64,000 bases of DNA. It comes from Gemmatimonadota bacterium. Lineage in GTDB: Bacteria; Gemmatimonadota; Gemmatimonadetes; Palauibacterales; Palauibacteraceae. The notes below the pieces were generated by a model. The model had not been told where the DNA came from, ran no database searches, and saw only the letters and a program-made list of their open reading frames with translations. The position numbers and the translations under genes are program-made. The DNA lies in assembly GCA_963666735.1 (NCBI GenBank), contig OY762926.1:864001-928000 (forward strand). Direction: 5' to 3'. Shown piece by piece: positions 52,652 through 61,391 of this stretch; the stretch's first letter is position 1; every line of letters starts with the position of its first letter.

Positions 52652-53710
52652 GTGCACCTCGAGGCGTACTGCGCGGTCCTCGCGGGCGGGATCGGCCGCC
52701 GGTTCTGGCCCGCCTCGACCCCGGCCCGTCCCAAGCAGCTCCTGCCCCTCGCCGGTCCCGACCCCCTCATCGACGATACGCTCGCTCGTGCCGTCGCCCT
52801 GGTCGGCGCCCCGCGCGTCCGGGTCGTCGCGGCCGAACGCCTGGTGGAACTCATGCGCCCGAGCCTGGATGCGGCGGGTGTCGATGCGCTCGTCGAACCG
52901 AAGGCGCGCGGAACGGGACCGGCCCTCGTCTGGGCGGCCTCGGAGATCGAGCGGGCTCAGCCGGGCACCCTGATGATCTCGATGCACGCGGACCACCGCA
53001 TCGAACCCGTCGAGGCGCTCAGGGAGACGCTGCAGTCGGCCCTCCGGGCGGCGCGGGAAGGATACCTGTGCTGCGTCGGCGTGCGGCCGGACCGCCCCGA
53101 GACCGGATTCGGGTACGTGGAGATGGGGCGAGAGACCGGGTCCGGCGCCCGGGAGGTGCGGCGCTTTGTGGAGAAGCCGGATCCCGCCGCGGCCCGAAAA
53201 TACCTGAAGTCGGGACGCTTCCTGTGGAACTCCGGCATCTTCGTGTGGCGGGCGGCCGATCTGCTCGCGGCCGCCCGACGTGGCGCGCACGAACTCGCGG
53301 CGGCGTGGCCGGCCCTCGAACGCGGCGATGCGGAGGGATTCTTCGCCCGTGCCGAGCCGGTCGCGATCGATGTCTGCGTGATGGAGCGAGCCGAGCGCGT
53401 GGCCACCGTGGAGGCGCGATTCGCCTGGGACGACCTCGGCGTGTGGAGCGCACTCCTCCGCTCCCGGGAGCTGGACGAGGCCGGGAACGCGTCGGTCGGC
53501 TCGGCCCGCCTCCTCGGCGCGGCGGACAACGTCGTGTGGACGGAGTCCCGCCGGGCCACGGTCATCGGGGTGTCGGGTCTCGTCATCGTGGAGGCAAACG
53601 GGGAACTCCTCGTGATGTCGCGCGAAGAGGCCGCCGGACTCGACGCCCGCCTGGGACAGATCGACACGGATTCCTCCTCTTCCTCTTCCTCTTCCGAACC
53701 GCCGCGTTGA
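52652..53710 (+). CDS. manC: Mannose-1-phosphate guanylyltransferase
   Basis: VLAGGIGRRFWPAS....PKQLL, EP..RGTGPA, ADH.I, PETGFGY, FVEKPD, WNSGIF, WDDLG.W. Confidence 0.9.
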   Translation: MHLEAYCAVLAGGIGRRFWPASTPARPKQLLPLAGPDPLIDDTLARAVALVGAPRVRVVAAERLVELMRPSLDAAGVDALVEPKARGTGPALVWAASEIERAQPGTLMISMHADHRIEPVEALRETLQSALRAAREGYLCCVGVRPDRPETGFGYVEMGRETGSGAREVRRFVEKPDPAAARKYLKSGRFLWNSGIFVWRAADLLAAARRGAHELAAAWPALERGDAEGFFARAEPVAIDVCVMERAERVATVEARFAWDDLGVWSALLRSRELDEAGNASVGSARLLGAADNVVWTESRRATVIGVSGLVIVEANGELLVMSREEAAGLDARLGQIDTDSSSSSSSSEPPR

Positions 53711-54903
53711 CCACGCTGGTCATGTTCGACGATGAGCGCGCGGGCGGCTGGGCGCCTTTTGCGCTCACCCGGCCGTGCGGCGAACTCGTCTTCGGCCGCT
53801 GGACGTTGCGCGAGCGGCTGGAACGGGTCGCGCGAACGCGCGTGGCCGGTCATGTGACGCGCCCCTGGCTGCACCGGTACGCGGAGCCGGGAGCGCCGCG
53901 CTGCCTGGACGCGGGCGGGCTGTCCACTCCCTGTACCGTGTGGAACGCCCGGGCCGTGCCGTCACTCGAAGCCGCGTGGAGCGACGCGCCCGCCAACCTC
54001 TGGGTCGCCGACCGGCTGGCGGGCGTCCGCCCGGGCGCCGGCGCAGAGCCGCCGCAAGCGGACTGGTTCGCCGCTCCCCGGCCCCGGCCCGGGCTGCCGG
54101 ACCACGAGGTAGCCGGGGCTTGGCTGCGTGACCCCTGGGACCTTGTGGCCGCCGGACCCGACCGGCTGGCCGCCGACCTGACGGCCGTCCCGGGCGCGGA
54201 GGCGTCGGCGCCGCCGGACGGTTGCTGGCGCCTCGGCGACGCCCCGATCCACCTGGGCGAGGGGGCGCGCGTGGAACCCGGCGTGCTATTCGATGCGCGC
54301 GAGGGCCCGATCGAACTCGGTCCCGGCGTCCAGGTCCGCTCAGGCACCCGCCTCGGCGGGCCGCTCTACGCGGGCGCCGGCTCACAACTCCTCGGCGGCC
54401 ACATCTCGCGCTTTTCCGGGGGCCCCGGCTCCCACGTGCGGGGCGAGGTCGACCACGTGACGACGCTGGGCTATTCGAACAAGGCGCACGACGGGTTTCT
54501 CGGACACGCATACCTCGGCTGCTGGGTCAACCTCGGCGCGGGCACGGTGACCAGCGATCTCAAACACACCTACGGGTCGATCCGCGTGGGGCCGCCCGGC
54601 GCGCGGCGGGACACCGGACTCCTGAAGTTCGGCTGCCTGCTCGGCGATCACGTGAAGACCGGCGTCGGCACCCGACTCGAGACCGGGGCCGTCGTCGGCG
54701 CCGGCTCGAGCCTGTTCGGCGCGGAGCCGCCGCCTCGCTGGGTGGAGCCCTTCTCGTGGGGCGGAGGCCGGAACACGGAGCCGCACCGTCGCGGTGACTT
54801 CCTTTCCACGGCCGCCCGGGTCGTCGAGCGCCGGGGACTCGAGGGGACCCCGGAGTTCCGGAACTGGCTGGGCGATGTCTGGGACGAGGCCTGCCGCTCG
54901 TGA
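53707..54903 (+). CDS. GlmU-like putative sugar nucleotidyltransferase/acyltransferase with left-handed beta-helix
   Basis: PFALTRP.GEL.FG..TLRER, hexapeptide region, SNKAHDGFLGHAYLG.WVNLGAGT..SDLK, KFGC.LGDHVKTG. Confidence 0.8.
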   Translation: MTTLVMFDDERAGGWAPFALTRPCGELVFGRWTLRERLERVARTRVAGHVTRPWLHRYAEPGAPRCLDAGGLSTPCTVWNARAVPSLEAAWSDAPANLWVADRLAGVRPGAGAEPPQADWFAAPRPRPGLPDHEVAGAWLRDPWDLVAAGPDRLAADLTAVPGAEASAPPDGCWRLGDAPIHLGEGARVEPGVLFDAREGPIELGPGVQVRSGTRLGGPLYAGAGSQLLGGHISRFSGGPGSHVRGEVDHVTTLGYSNKAHDGFLGHAYLGCWVNLGAGTVTSDLKHTYGSIRVGPPGARRDTGLLKFGCLLGDHVKTGVGTRLETGAVVGAGSSLFGAEPPPRWVEPFSWGGGRNTEPHRRGDFLSTAARVVERRGLEGTPEFRNWLGDVWDEACRS

Positions 54904-55730
54904 GCCTGTCCGTCGCGTCGCTGGGCTCGGGAAGCCGCGGCAACGCCTTTCTGGTGGAGGGCGACCGCGCCCGCGTACTCGTCGATGCGGGGTTCTCGGG
55001 GGTTCAGCTTGCCCGCCGACTCGCCGAACTCGACGTCGAGCCCGAAACCATCGACCTCGTCGTTGTCACGCACGAGCACCGGGATCACGCCGCGGGGATC
55101 GGCATCGGAGCGCGCCGCTGGGGCTGGCCCCTCGCGATGAACCCGCCCACTCGCCGCGCCTGCGCTTCTCTCCTGCGCGGGCAGGAGCGATGCGGCGACC
55201 TGCCGCTCACCGGACTCGAGGTCGGCGACCTCGCGATCGAGACCGCCCCCACCGCGCACGACGCCGCGAAACCCGTAGCCGTCACGGTCCTGCACCGACC
55301 CACGGGCCTGCGAGTGGGGATTGCGACGGATCTCGGGAGACCGACGACACCCGTCCGCGTGGCACTTCGGGAGTGCGCCTTTCTCATCATGGAAGCGAAC
55401 CACGACGAGCACCGTCTCCGGGCGGCTTCCTATCCCTGGCGAGTCAAGCAGCGGATCGGGGGTAGCCGGGGACACCTCTCCAACCGCCACGCGGCCGAGT
55501 TGGCGCGCGAGCTCGCCCACCCGGGGCTGGGAGGGATCCTGCTCGCCCACCTGAGTCACGAGTGCAACGACCGGGAACTCGCCCTGGAGAGCGTCGCGGA
55601 AGGGCTTGCGCAGACGGGATACGATGGATTACTGGACGCTGCGGCACAAGCGGAGCCCAGCCCCCGTTACGACGTGGTCGCCCTCGCGCGGGCGCGCGGC
55701 GACGCAGAGCAACTCTCGCTCCCTATCTGA
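54900..55730 (+). CDS. MBL-fold metallo-hydrolase (YycJ/WalJ-like)
   Basis: LGSGSRGN, THEHRDH, HDA..P, TDLG, EANHD, GHLSN, AHLS.ECN. Confidence 0.9.
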   Translation: MSLSVASLGSGSRGNAFLVEGDRARVLVDAGFSGVQLARRLAELDVEPETIDLVVVTHEHRDHAAGIGIGARRWGWPLAMNPPTRRACASLLRGQERCGDLPLTGLEVGDLAIETAPTAHDAAKPVAVTVLHRPTGLRVGIATDLGRPTTPVRVALRECAFLIMEANHDEHRLRAASYPWRVKQRIGGSRGHLSNRHAAELARELAHPGLGGILLAHLSHECNDRELALESVAEGLAQTGYDGLLDAAAQAEPSPRYDVVALARARGDAEQLSLPI

Positions 55731-55766
55731 CTCTCTATCTGAGTCCTTATCTGAGTCCTTATCTGA
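55724..55766. repeat. Four-copy 12-bp tandem repeat (core TATCTGA) between convergent genes
   Basis: TATCTGA at 55724, 55736, 55748 and 55760. Confidence 0.85.
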
Positions 55767-56862
55767 GAATCACCCTCAGCACATCGTTTCCCACGGCCCA
55801 CACCATGAGCGCCAGGACGAAGACCATCCCCACCGTGGTGAACCGCATGCGCGCCTCGACGCTGAGCGCCCGGCCGCGGATCGCCTCGATCCCCAGGAAG
55901 AGCAGGTGCCCCCCGTCGAGCACGGGAATCGGCAGCAGATTGAAGATGGCGAGATTGACGCTGATGATCGCCATGAAACTCAGGAGCTCCCAGAACCCCG
56001 CGCGCGCGGCGCGGCCGGAAATCTCCCCGATCAGAATGGGGCCGCCGACCTCTCGCGCCGAACTTCGTCCGGTGACCAGGTCCCCCAGGAACTGAAGGAC
56101 GGCGCCGCCCCAGTAGGTCGTGTTCGACCACCCGCGCCCGAGCGCCGCGATGGGGCCCGCTCGACCGCTCTCGGCGCCGATGGTGATCCCGACGCGCCCG
56201 ACCGTCCTCGATTCTCCCGTGAGATCCGAGTACTGCTCGACTGCCTCGGGCGTCGCGACGAAGGTGAGTTCCTCCCCTCCCCGTTCCACGACGATGTCGA
56301 TGGATTCGCCGGGCCGGCGGTCGACCCGCATCGTCACCTGGCCGGGGTCGTGCACCGCGGCGCCATCCACGCGCCGGATCAGATCGCCGGCCCGGAGGCC
56401 AGCCTCCGCGGCGGGCGACCCGGGTACGACCTCGGCGATCCGCGGCTCGAGCACGCCCCGCCCCATCGCGATCGCCGCGAAGGCGACGACCGCGAACAGC
56501 CAGTTCATGATGACGCCCGCCGAGATGGCGAAGACGCGCGCCCATAGCGGCTTGCCGTCGAAATCTCCGGGCCCGGGCCTCGCTTCGGTGCGCGCCGCCT
56601 GCTCCGGGTCGCCCCCGCCCTCGAGCGTCGAAGTCACTTCCTCGTCCGCCATCCCCGCCATCTTGACGTAGCCGCCGAGCGGGATCCATGAGAGGACATA
56701 CTCCGTTTCACCGCGCCGGAACCCCACCATCTTCGGGCCCAGGCCGATCGAAAACCGCGGCACGTCGATCCCGACGCTCTTCGCAGCGGCAAAATGCCCC
56801 AGTTCGTGCACGAAAATGAGCACGCCCAGGACAAGGATGGTTACCAGAATCGTTACGATCAC
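55759..56862 (-). CDS. rseP: RIP metalloprotease RseP
   Basis: HELGH, IPLGGYVKM, PDZ domain, NLLPIPVLDGG. Confidence 0.96.
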   Translation of the reverse strand: MIVTILVTILVLGVLIFVHELGHFAAAKSVGIDVPRFSIGLGPKMVGFRRGETEYVLSWIPLGGYVKMAGMADEEVTSTLEGGGDPEQAARTEARPGPGDFDGKPLWARVFAISAGVIMNWLFAVVAFAAIAMGRGVLEPRIAEVVPGSPAAEAGLRAGDLIRRVDGAAVHDPGQVTMRVDRRPGESIDIVVERGGEELTFVATPEAVEQYSDLTGESRTVGRVGITIGAESGRAGPIAALGRGWSNTTYWGGAVLQFLGDLVTGRSSAREVGGPILIGEISGRAARAGFWELLSFMAIISVNLAIFNLLPIPVLDGGHLLFLGIEAIRGRALSVEARMRFTTVGMVFVLALMVWAVGNDVLRVILR

Positions 56863-58025
56863 TCAGCGTCTCCCGGCTTGGGCTCCCCGTGTGGGTCGCG
56901 GGCGATGGCGCGCGCCCGGGTGTCGACGCGCCGCGCATCCTCCACCGATTCGATGGCGCGCGACGAGAACCGTTCCAGTGTACGAAGCACGAGGTCGGCG
57001 AGTTCCCTGAAGCCGACGTCCCCGGAGAGGAACCTCTCGACCGCGACCTCGTTGGCCGCATTGAAGGCCACCGGAAACTCGCCTCCCGCCTTTCCCGCCG
57101 CGACCCCCGCGCCAAAAAGGGGAAAATCCTCCTCCCGCACCGGTTCGAACTCCAGCGGGCCGTCCCGCACGGGGTCGAACCCCGTGTCCCGACGCGCGTC
57201 GTCCAGCCGGTCCGGGTACCCGAGCGCCCACAGGATCGGCACCTCCATCGAGGGCCGGCCCAGTTGGGCAAGCGAGGACCCGTCCCTGAATTCGACGAGG
57301 GAGTGGACGATCGACGTGGGATGCACGACGACCTCGATGCGCTCGTAGGGGAGGTCGAACAACGTGTGCGCCTCGATGACCTCGAGCGCCTTGTTCGCCA
57401 GCGTGGCGGAGTCGATCGTGATCTTGGCCCCCATCGACCACGTGGGATGACGCAGGGCATCGGCCGGCGTGACGGTGGCGAGTCGCCGAGCCGGCCACTC
57501 GCGGAAAGGGCCGCCCGAAGCCGTGAGCGTGACCCGCGCGACCTCCGACACCGGACGACCGGCCAGACACTGGTGGACGGCGGAGTGTTCGCTGTCCACC
57601 GGCAGAAGTTCGCCTCCTCCCCCGCGCAGCGCCCGCATCACGAGGTCTCCTCCCGCCACGAGCGATTCCTTGTTGGCGAGGGCCAGCCGCTTCCCCGCTG
57701 CAAGCGCCGCCAGCGTCGCGTCGAGTCCGGCGAACCCGACGATCGCATTGAGCACGATATCGCTCCCGGGCGACCCGGCCGCCTCCGCGAGCGCATCGGC
57801 GCCAAACCGCCACTCCCCCGCCCATTTCGGCGCGAAGCCGTCCGGGGGCGGGGCCCCGAGCACGACCAGGTCGGGATCCAGGTCGAGCGCGAGCGCGTCC
57901 AGCGCCTCCCAGCGGCGGTGCGCGGTCAGGACGGCGGCGCGAAACCGCGACGGGTGGCGGCGGATCACCTCGAGCGTGCCCGCGCCGACGGATCCCGTGG
58001 CGCCGAAGATGGCGACGTTCTTCAA
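56859..58025 (-). CDS. dxr: 1-deoxy-D-xylulose-5-phosphate reductoisomerase
   Basis: GATGSVG, LANKESLV, PVDSEH, TASGGPF, HPTWSMGAKITIDSAT..NK.LE, NAANE. Confidence 0.97.
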   Translation of the reverse strand: MKNVAIFGATGSVGAGTLEVIRRHPSRFRAAVLTAHRRWEALDALALDLDPDLVVLGAPPPDGFAPKWAGEWRFGADALAEAAGSPGSDIVLNAIVGFAGLDATLAALAAGKRLALANKESLVAGGDLVMRALRGGGGELLPVDSEHSAVHQCLAGRPVSEVARVTLTASGGPFREWPARRLATVTPADALRHPTWSMGAKITIDSATLANKALEVIEAHTLFDLPYERIEVVVHPTSIVHSLVEFRDGSSLAQLGRPSMEVPILWALGYPDRLDDARRDTGFDPVRDGPLEFEPVREEDFPLFGAGVAAGKAGGEFPVAFNAANEVAVERFLSGDVGFRELADLVLRTLERFSSRAIESVEDARRVDTRARAIARDPHGEPKPGDAE

Positions 58026-58065
58026 GCGCCGGCCTCCGGGAAACCCGGTCCGCCTCCAGCGTCCG

Positions 58066-58920
58066 TCACACGAAGAGGAAGAGGAAGAGGAACGCGGCCG
58101 GGACCGCCCACAGGACGGAGTCGAGCCGGTCGAGCATGCCCCCGTGCCCCGGAAGCAGCTGTGATGAGTCCTTCACTCCGCACTCGCGCTTGAGGGCGGA
58201 CTCCGCGAGATCCCCGACGATCGCCAGCCCCGCCACGACCAGCCCGAAGGCCAGCGTCGAAACGAGGTCCGGTGTCCAGATCTCCGGAAGAAGGAAGCGC
58301 GGATAGAGGACGGCGGCGGCGAGGCCCGCGAGCAGCGCACACACGGCTCCCGCCACCGTCTTGTTCGGGCTCAGGCGCGGCGCGAGCGGGCGTTTCCCGA
58401 GCGCTCGCCCGCCGAGGTACGCCGCGGTGTCGGCCAGCCACGTGATGACGACCGGAAAGAAGAAGATGAGCGTGCCGGCCATCCGCCCGGCGACCGCATC
58501 GCCGCCGGCCGGAAGCAGGGGCCCGCCTTCGCGCAGGGGGAGGCCCAACGCGAGCAACCCCCCCACGTAGAAGACGCCGAACGTCGTACAGGCGGCGGCC
58601 CGGATCGGGCGCTCCGAGAGGTCGACGGTCACGAGCGCGAGCGCGGGGAACGCAAGCATCAGGCTCGCCGCAAAGAATCCGCCGCCCTCGAGACCGCCCG
58701 CAAGGACGACGAACGGAAAGAGAAACGCGGCCACGGCTCCCGGCAGCGTGAGGACCCGCGTCCCGGTGCCGCGCATCATCGCCGCGAACTCCCGGTAACC
58801 GAGCGCGGCCGCCGCGCCCAGCCCGGTGACGAAGATCACCCCGCCGGCGTAGGTCACCAGCGCGCAGAGGGGGACTCCGACACCGGCGACGGCGAGTCTC
58901 TTGCGGAAGTTGGGGCTCAT
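58066..58920 (-). CDS. cdsA: Phosphatidate cytidylyltransferase
   Basis: W.ADTAAY.GG, SPNKT, GDLAES.LKR..GVKDSS.LLPGHGG.LDRLDS. Confidence 0.95.
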   Translation of the reverse strand: MSPNFRKRLAVAGVGVPLCALVTYAGGVIFVTGLGAAAALGYREFAAMMRGTGTRVLTLPGAVAAFLFPFVVLAGGLEGGGFFAASLMLAFPALALVTVDLSERPIRAAACTTFGVFYVGGLLALGLPLREGGPLLPAGGDAVAGRMAGTLIFFFPVVITWLADTAAYLGGRALGKRPLAPRLSPNKTVAGAVCALLAGLAAAVLYPRFLLPEIWTPDLVSTLAFGLVVAGLAIVGDLAESALKRECGVKDSSQLLPGHGGMLDRLDSVLWAVPAAFLFLFLFV

Positions 58921-58936
58921 GCAGGATCCGGCCGGC

Positions 58937-59692
58937 TCACGTCTTCACCAGCCCGAACCTCCGCTCCCGGCACCGGTAATCGACGAGCGCGCCGAAGAAA
59001 TGCTCCCGGGTGAAGTCGGGCCACAGCACGTCCGTCACGAAGAGTTCCGCGTACGCGAGCTGCCAGAGGAGGAAGTTGGAAATGCGCTGCTCCCCCGAGG
59101 TCCGGATCAAGAGGTCGGGATCCGGCCAGTCCCTCGTCAGAAGTTCGGCCGCGAAGAGTTCGGGGTCGATCTCCTCCGGGGCCAACTCACCCTCCAGGCA
59201 ACGCTGTGCGAGCGTGCGCGCCACCCCCGCGAGTTCCGCCCGCGACCCGTAGCTGATGGCGAGGTGCACTTCCAGCACCGTCCCGCCCTCCGTCGACGCC
59301 TCGAGTTCGGAGATCGCCTGCCGGGCCTCTTCCGGAAGCCGCAGCCGGTCGCCGAACACCGTGACCCGGACTCCGTGACCGACCAGAGCTTCGCGCTGGC
59401 TCCTCACATACTCCTGGAGGAGCGTCATCAGCGCTTCCACCTCCATGGAAGGCCGAAACCAGTTCTCATCCGAGAAGGCGTACAAAGTGAGATGGGCCAC
59501 GCCGGCCTCCACCGCCCCCTCGATCGTCTCGCGCACGGCCGTCATGCCCGCGCGGTGCCCCTCCCATCTCGGCAGGCCGCGCCGTCTGGCCCAGCGTCCG
59601 TTGCCATCCATGATGACGGCGACATGGGCCGGCACCTCCCCCCGCAGCACCGTCTCCAGGGCCGCCGTCACGCCGCTCTTCTCCCCGCTCAT
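58937..59692 (-). CDS. uppS: Undecaprenyl-diphosphate synthase
   Basis: HVAVIMDGNGRWA, YAFS.ENW.RP, PDLLIRTSGEQRISNFLLWQ.AY. Confidence 0.97.
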   Translation of the reverse strand: MSGEKSGVTAALETVLRGEVPAHVAVIMDGNGRWARRRGLPRWEGHRAGMTAVRETIEGAVEAGVAHLTLYAFSDENWFRPSMEVEALMTLLQEYVRSQREALVGHGVRVTVFGDRLRLPEEARQAISELEASTEGGTVLEVHLAISYGSRAELAGVARTLAQRCLEGELAPEEIDPELFAAELLTRDWPDPDLLIRTSGEQRISNFLLWQLAYAELFVTDVLWPDFTREHFFGALVDYRCRERRFGLVKT

Positions 59693-59741
59693 GCGGCCCA
59701 AGCTCGCCCCGCATGGGCAGGAGTGTCAAAGCGGGCCGCGA

Positions 59742-61229
59742 TCAGTCGATGCCCGTCCGGCCTCGAGCGAAGCGCCGCATGCGGGGCGCCCCGCCGAGGA
59801 ACGAGTAGGCCTCGTATCCCGCGCGTTGCATGACCTCGGCCAGATAGGCCGTTCGCACGCCCTCGGTACAGCAGAGCACGTACGTTGCGCGCCGATCGAG
59901 TTCGCCGAAGTCCCGCTCGAGTTGCGGCAGATCGCGGAGGGTCGCGCCCGGCCAGTGCCAGGCCTCGAACGCGTCGCGGGAGCGGGTATCGAGGATGATC
60001 GCTCCGCCGGGCACCTCGGCCACGTACAGGGACGCTCCGACCATCGACTCCGGACGCAGCACCCGCACATCGTGTACGGTCGCGGCGGCGACCGCCTCGG
60101 CCAGTTCCTCGAAACCCACGGCCGACTCCTGCGTCTCGGCGGCCTCCGGCGACGACGCGGTGACCGGTCGGTGCGGCACGAGGTCGCAGTACTCGCGCAC
60201 GCGGGCGGACAGGTCGTGGGTGCCGATCTCCCGCGCCCGGTCGAGGATCTCCTCCTTGTGGAATCCCAGCAGGGGCCGGAGCACCGGAAGGGAGGAGGCG
60301 TTCTCGATCGCGCGGAGATTGCTGAGCGTCTGCGAGGAGACCTGCCCGACCGACTCGCCCGTGACGATCGCCTCGGCCCCGATCCGCTCCCCGATCTCCG
60401 CAGCCGCCCGATACATCATCCGCTTGAGGACGACCTGGAGGTATGCGGGCTTGGCGCGGGCCCGCATCGCCTCGACGACCGGGCCGAACTCGAGAACATG
60501 CAGCCGGGGCCGCGTCCCGTAGCTCCAGCGGTCCGCCAGCACCTTCGTCACCTCCACGACCATCCGCTCGTACGCGCTCCCTCCGAGATTGCAGAAGACG
60601 TAGTCGAGCCGAATCCCCCGGCGAAGCGCCATCCAGGCGGCGACGGCCGAATCGAAGCCGCCGGAGATGAGGCCGAGCGCGTGCCCCTGGACTCCGAGCG
60701 GCAGGCCCGACGGTCCCGGAATCCTGTCCTCGTGGAAGAAAACCCGGTCATCGCGAACCTCGACGAACACGGTGATGTCCGGATCTCCGAGGTCGACGGT
60801 GGCCCCGGGGTTGAGGGCCGCCCCCAAGCGCTGTTGGATATCCGAGGAGGAAAACCCGTGGGAACCGGAGCGGCGCGCCCGCACCGCATAGCTCCGGCCG
60901 CGCACGGACTCGGCGAAGAGGGCCGTGCCCATGGCGACGATCGTGTCGAGGTCCGCCTCGCACTCGCCGGCCAGCACGGAACAACTGGACACGCCGAAGG
61001 TCCGCAGGAGCGGGTCGAGAAAGGCCGGATTCGGGCCCTCGATGTGGAAGCGGCTCCAGCCGGACGCGAGCACGGCGTCGATCCCCTCGGCAGCGAACGC
61101 GTCGCGCAGGTTGGCCGCGAGCCGATTCTGGAAGCGCGACCGCGTCCGGCGCGCCTTGGTCGAGAGCTCGCCGGAGAACCGTACAAGGGCCCGAACGGGC
61201 CCGGCTCCGAGTTCGTATTGCGCCGCCAT
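59742..61229 (-). CDS. thiI: tRNA 4-thiouridine(8) synthase ThiI with C-terminal rhodanese domain
   Basis: THUMP domain, GLPLGVQG, PP-loop SGGFDS, TGES.GQVSSQTL.NL, EYC, rhodanese ILDTR...YVLCCTEGVRT. Confidence 0.93.
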   Translation of the reverse strand: MAAQYELGAGPVRALVRFSGELSTKARRTRSRFQNRLAANLRDAFAAEGIDAVLASGWSRFHIEGPNPAFLDPLLRTFGVSSCSVLAGECEADLDTIVAMGTALFAESVRGRSYAVRARRSGSHGFSSSDIQQRLGAALNPGATVDLGDPDITVFVEVRDDRVFFHEDRIPGPSGLPLGVQGHALGLISGGFDSAVAAWMALRRGIRLDYVFCNLGGSAYERMVVEVTKVLADRWSYGTRPRLHVLEFGPVVEAMRARAKPAYLQVVLKRMMYRAAAEIGERIGAEAIVTGESVGQVSSQTLSNLRAIENASSLPVLRPLLGFHKEEILDRAREIGTHDLSARVREYCDLVPHRPVTASSPEAAETQESAVGFEELAEAVAAATVHDVRVLRPESMVGASLYVAEVPGGAIILDTRSRDAFEAWHWPGATLRDLPQLERDFGELDRRATYVLCCTEGVRTAYLAEVMQRAGYEAYSFLGGAPRMRRFARGRTGID

Positions 61230-61235
61230 ATCGAG

Positions 61236-61309
61236 TGGCAGGGGGGGGATTTGAACCCCCGGCCCAGGGCTTATGAGTCCCTTGCTCTACCAGGCTGAGC
61301 TACCCTGCC
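61236..61309 (-). tRNA. tRNA-Met (CAT), elongator type; CCA not encoded
   Basis: GGCAGGG acceptor pairs with CCCTGCC, discriminator A; D-arm GCTCAGCCTGGTAGAGC; anticodon loop CTCATAA; T-arm GGGGGTTCAAATCCCCC. G1-C72 is paired, so not initiator. Ile2 is not fully excluded. Confidence 0.9.
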
Positions 61310-61326
61310 ATGCTTGTGGGTCCGCT

Positions 61327-61354
61327 ATCCTACGCGTCGTGGCGCGCGGGGCAA
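61327..61354 (-). promoter_or_regulatory. Putative sigma70 promoter for tRNA-Met-thiI
   Basis: TTGCCC-N16-TAGGAT, 17 nt upstream of the tRNA. Confidence 0.45.
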
Positions 61355-61391
61355 GCCGCCCGCCCGACGCATCCGACCGGCACGACTCTAG

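Noticed and set aside
44696..55766. CRISPR interpretation of the 11-bp and 12-bp arrays
   Set aside because: The units are too short and contiguous, have no unique spacers, and no cas genes are present.
59700..59729. TTGACA upstream of uppS as a leaderless promoter
   Set aside because: The -35 is perfect but there is no acceptable -10 at 16-18 bp (best is GAGCTT), too weak to call.
59700..61309. Integrative element at tRNA-Met
   Set aside because: No integrase, and no convincing duplication of the tRNA 3' end (only a 6-bp CCTGCC match near 59717).
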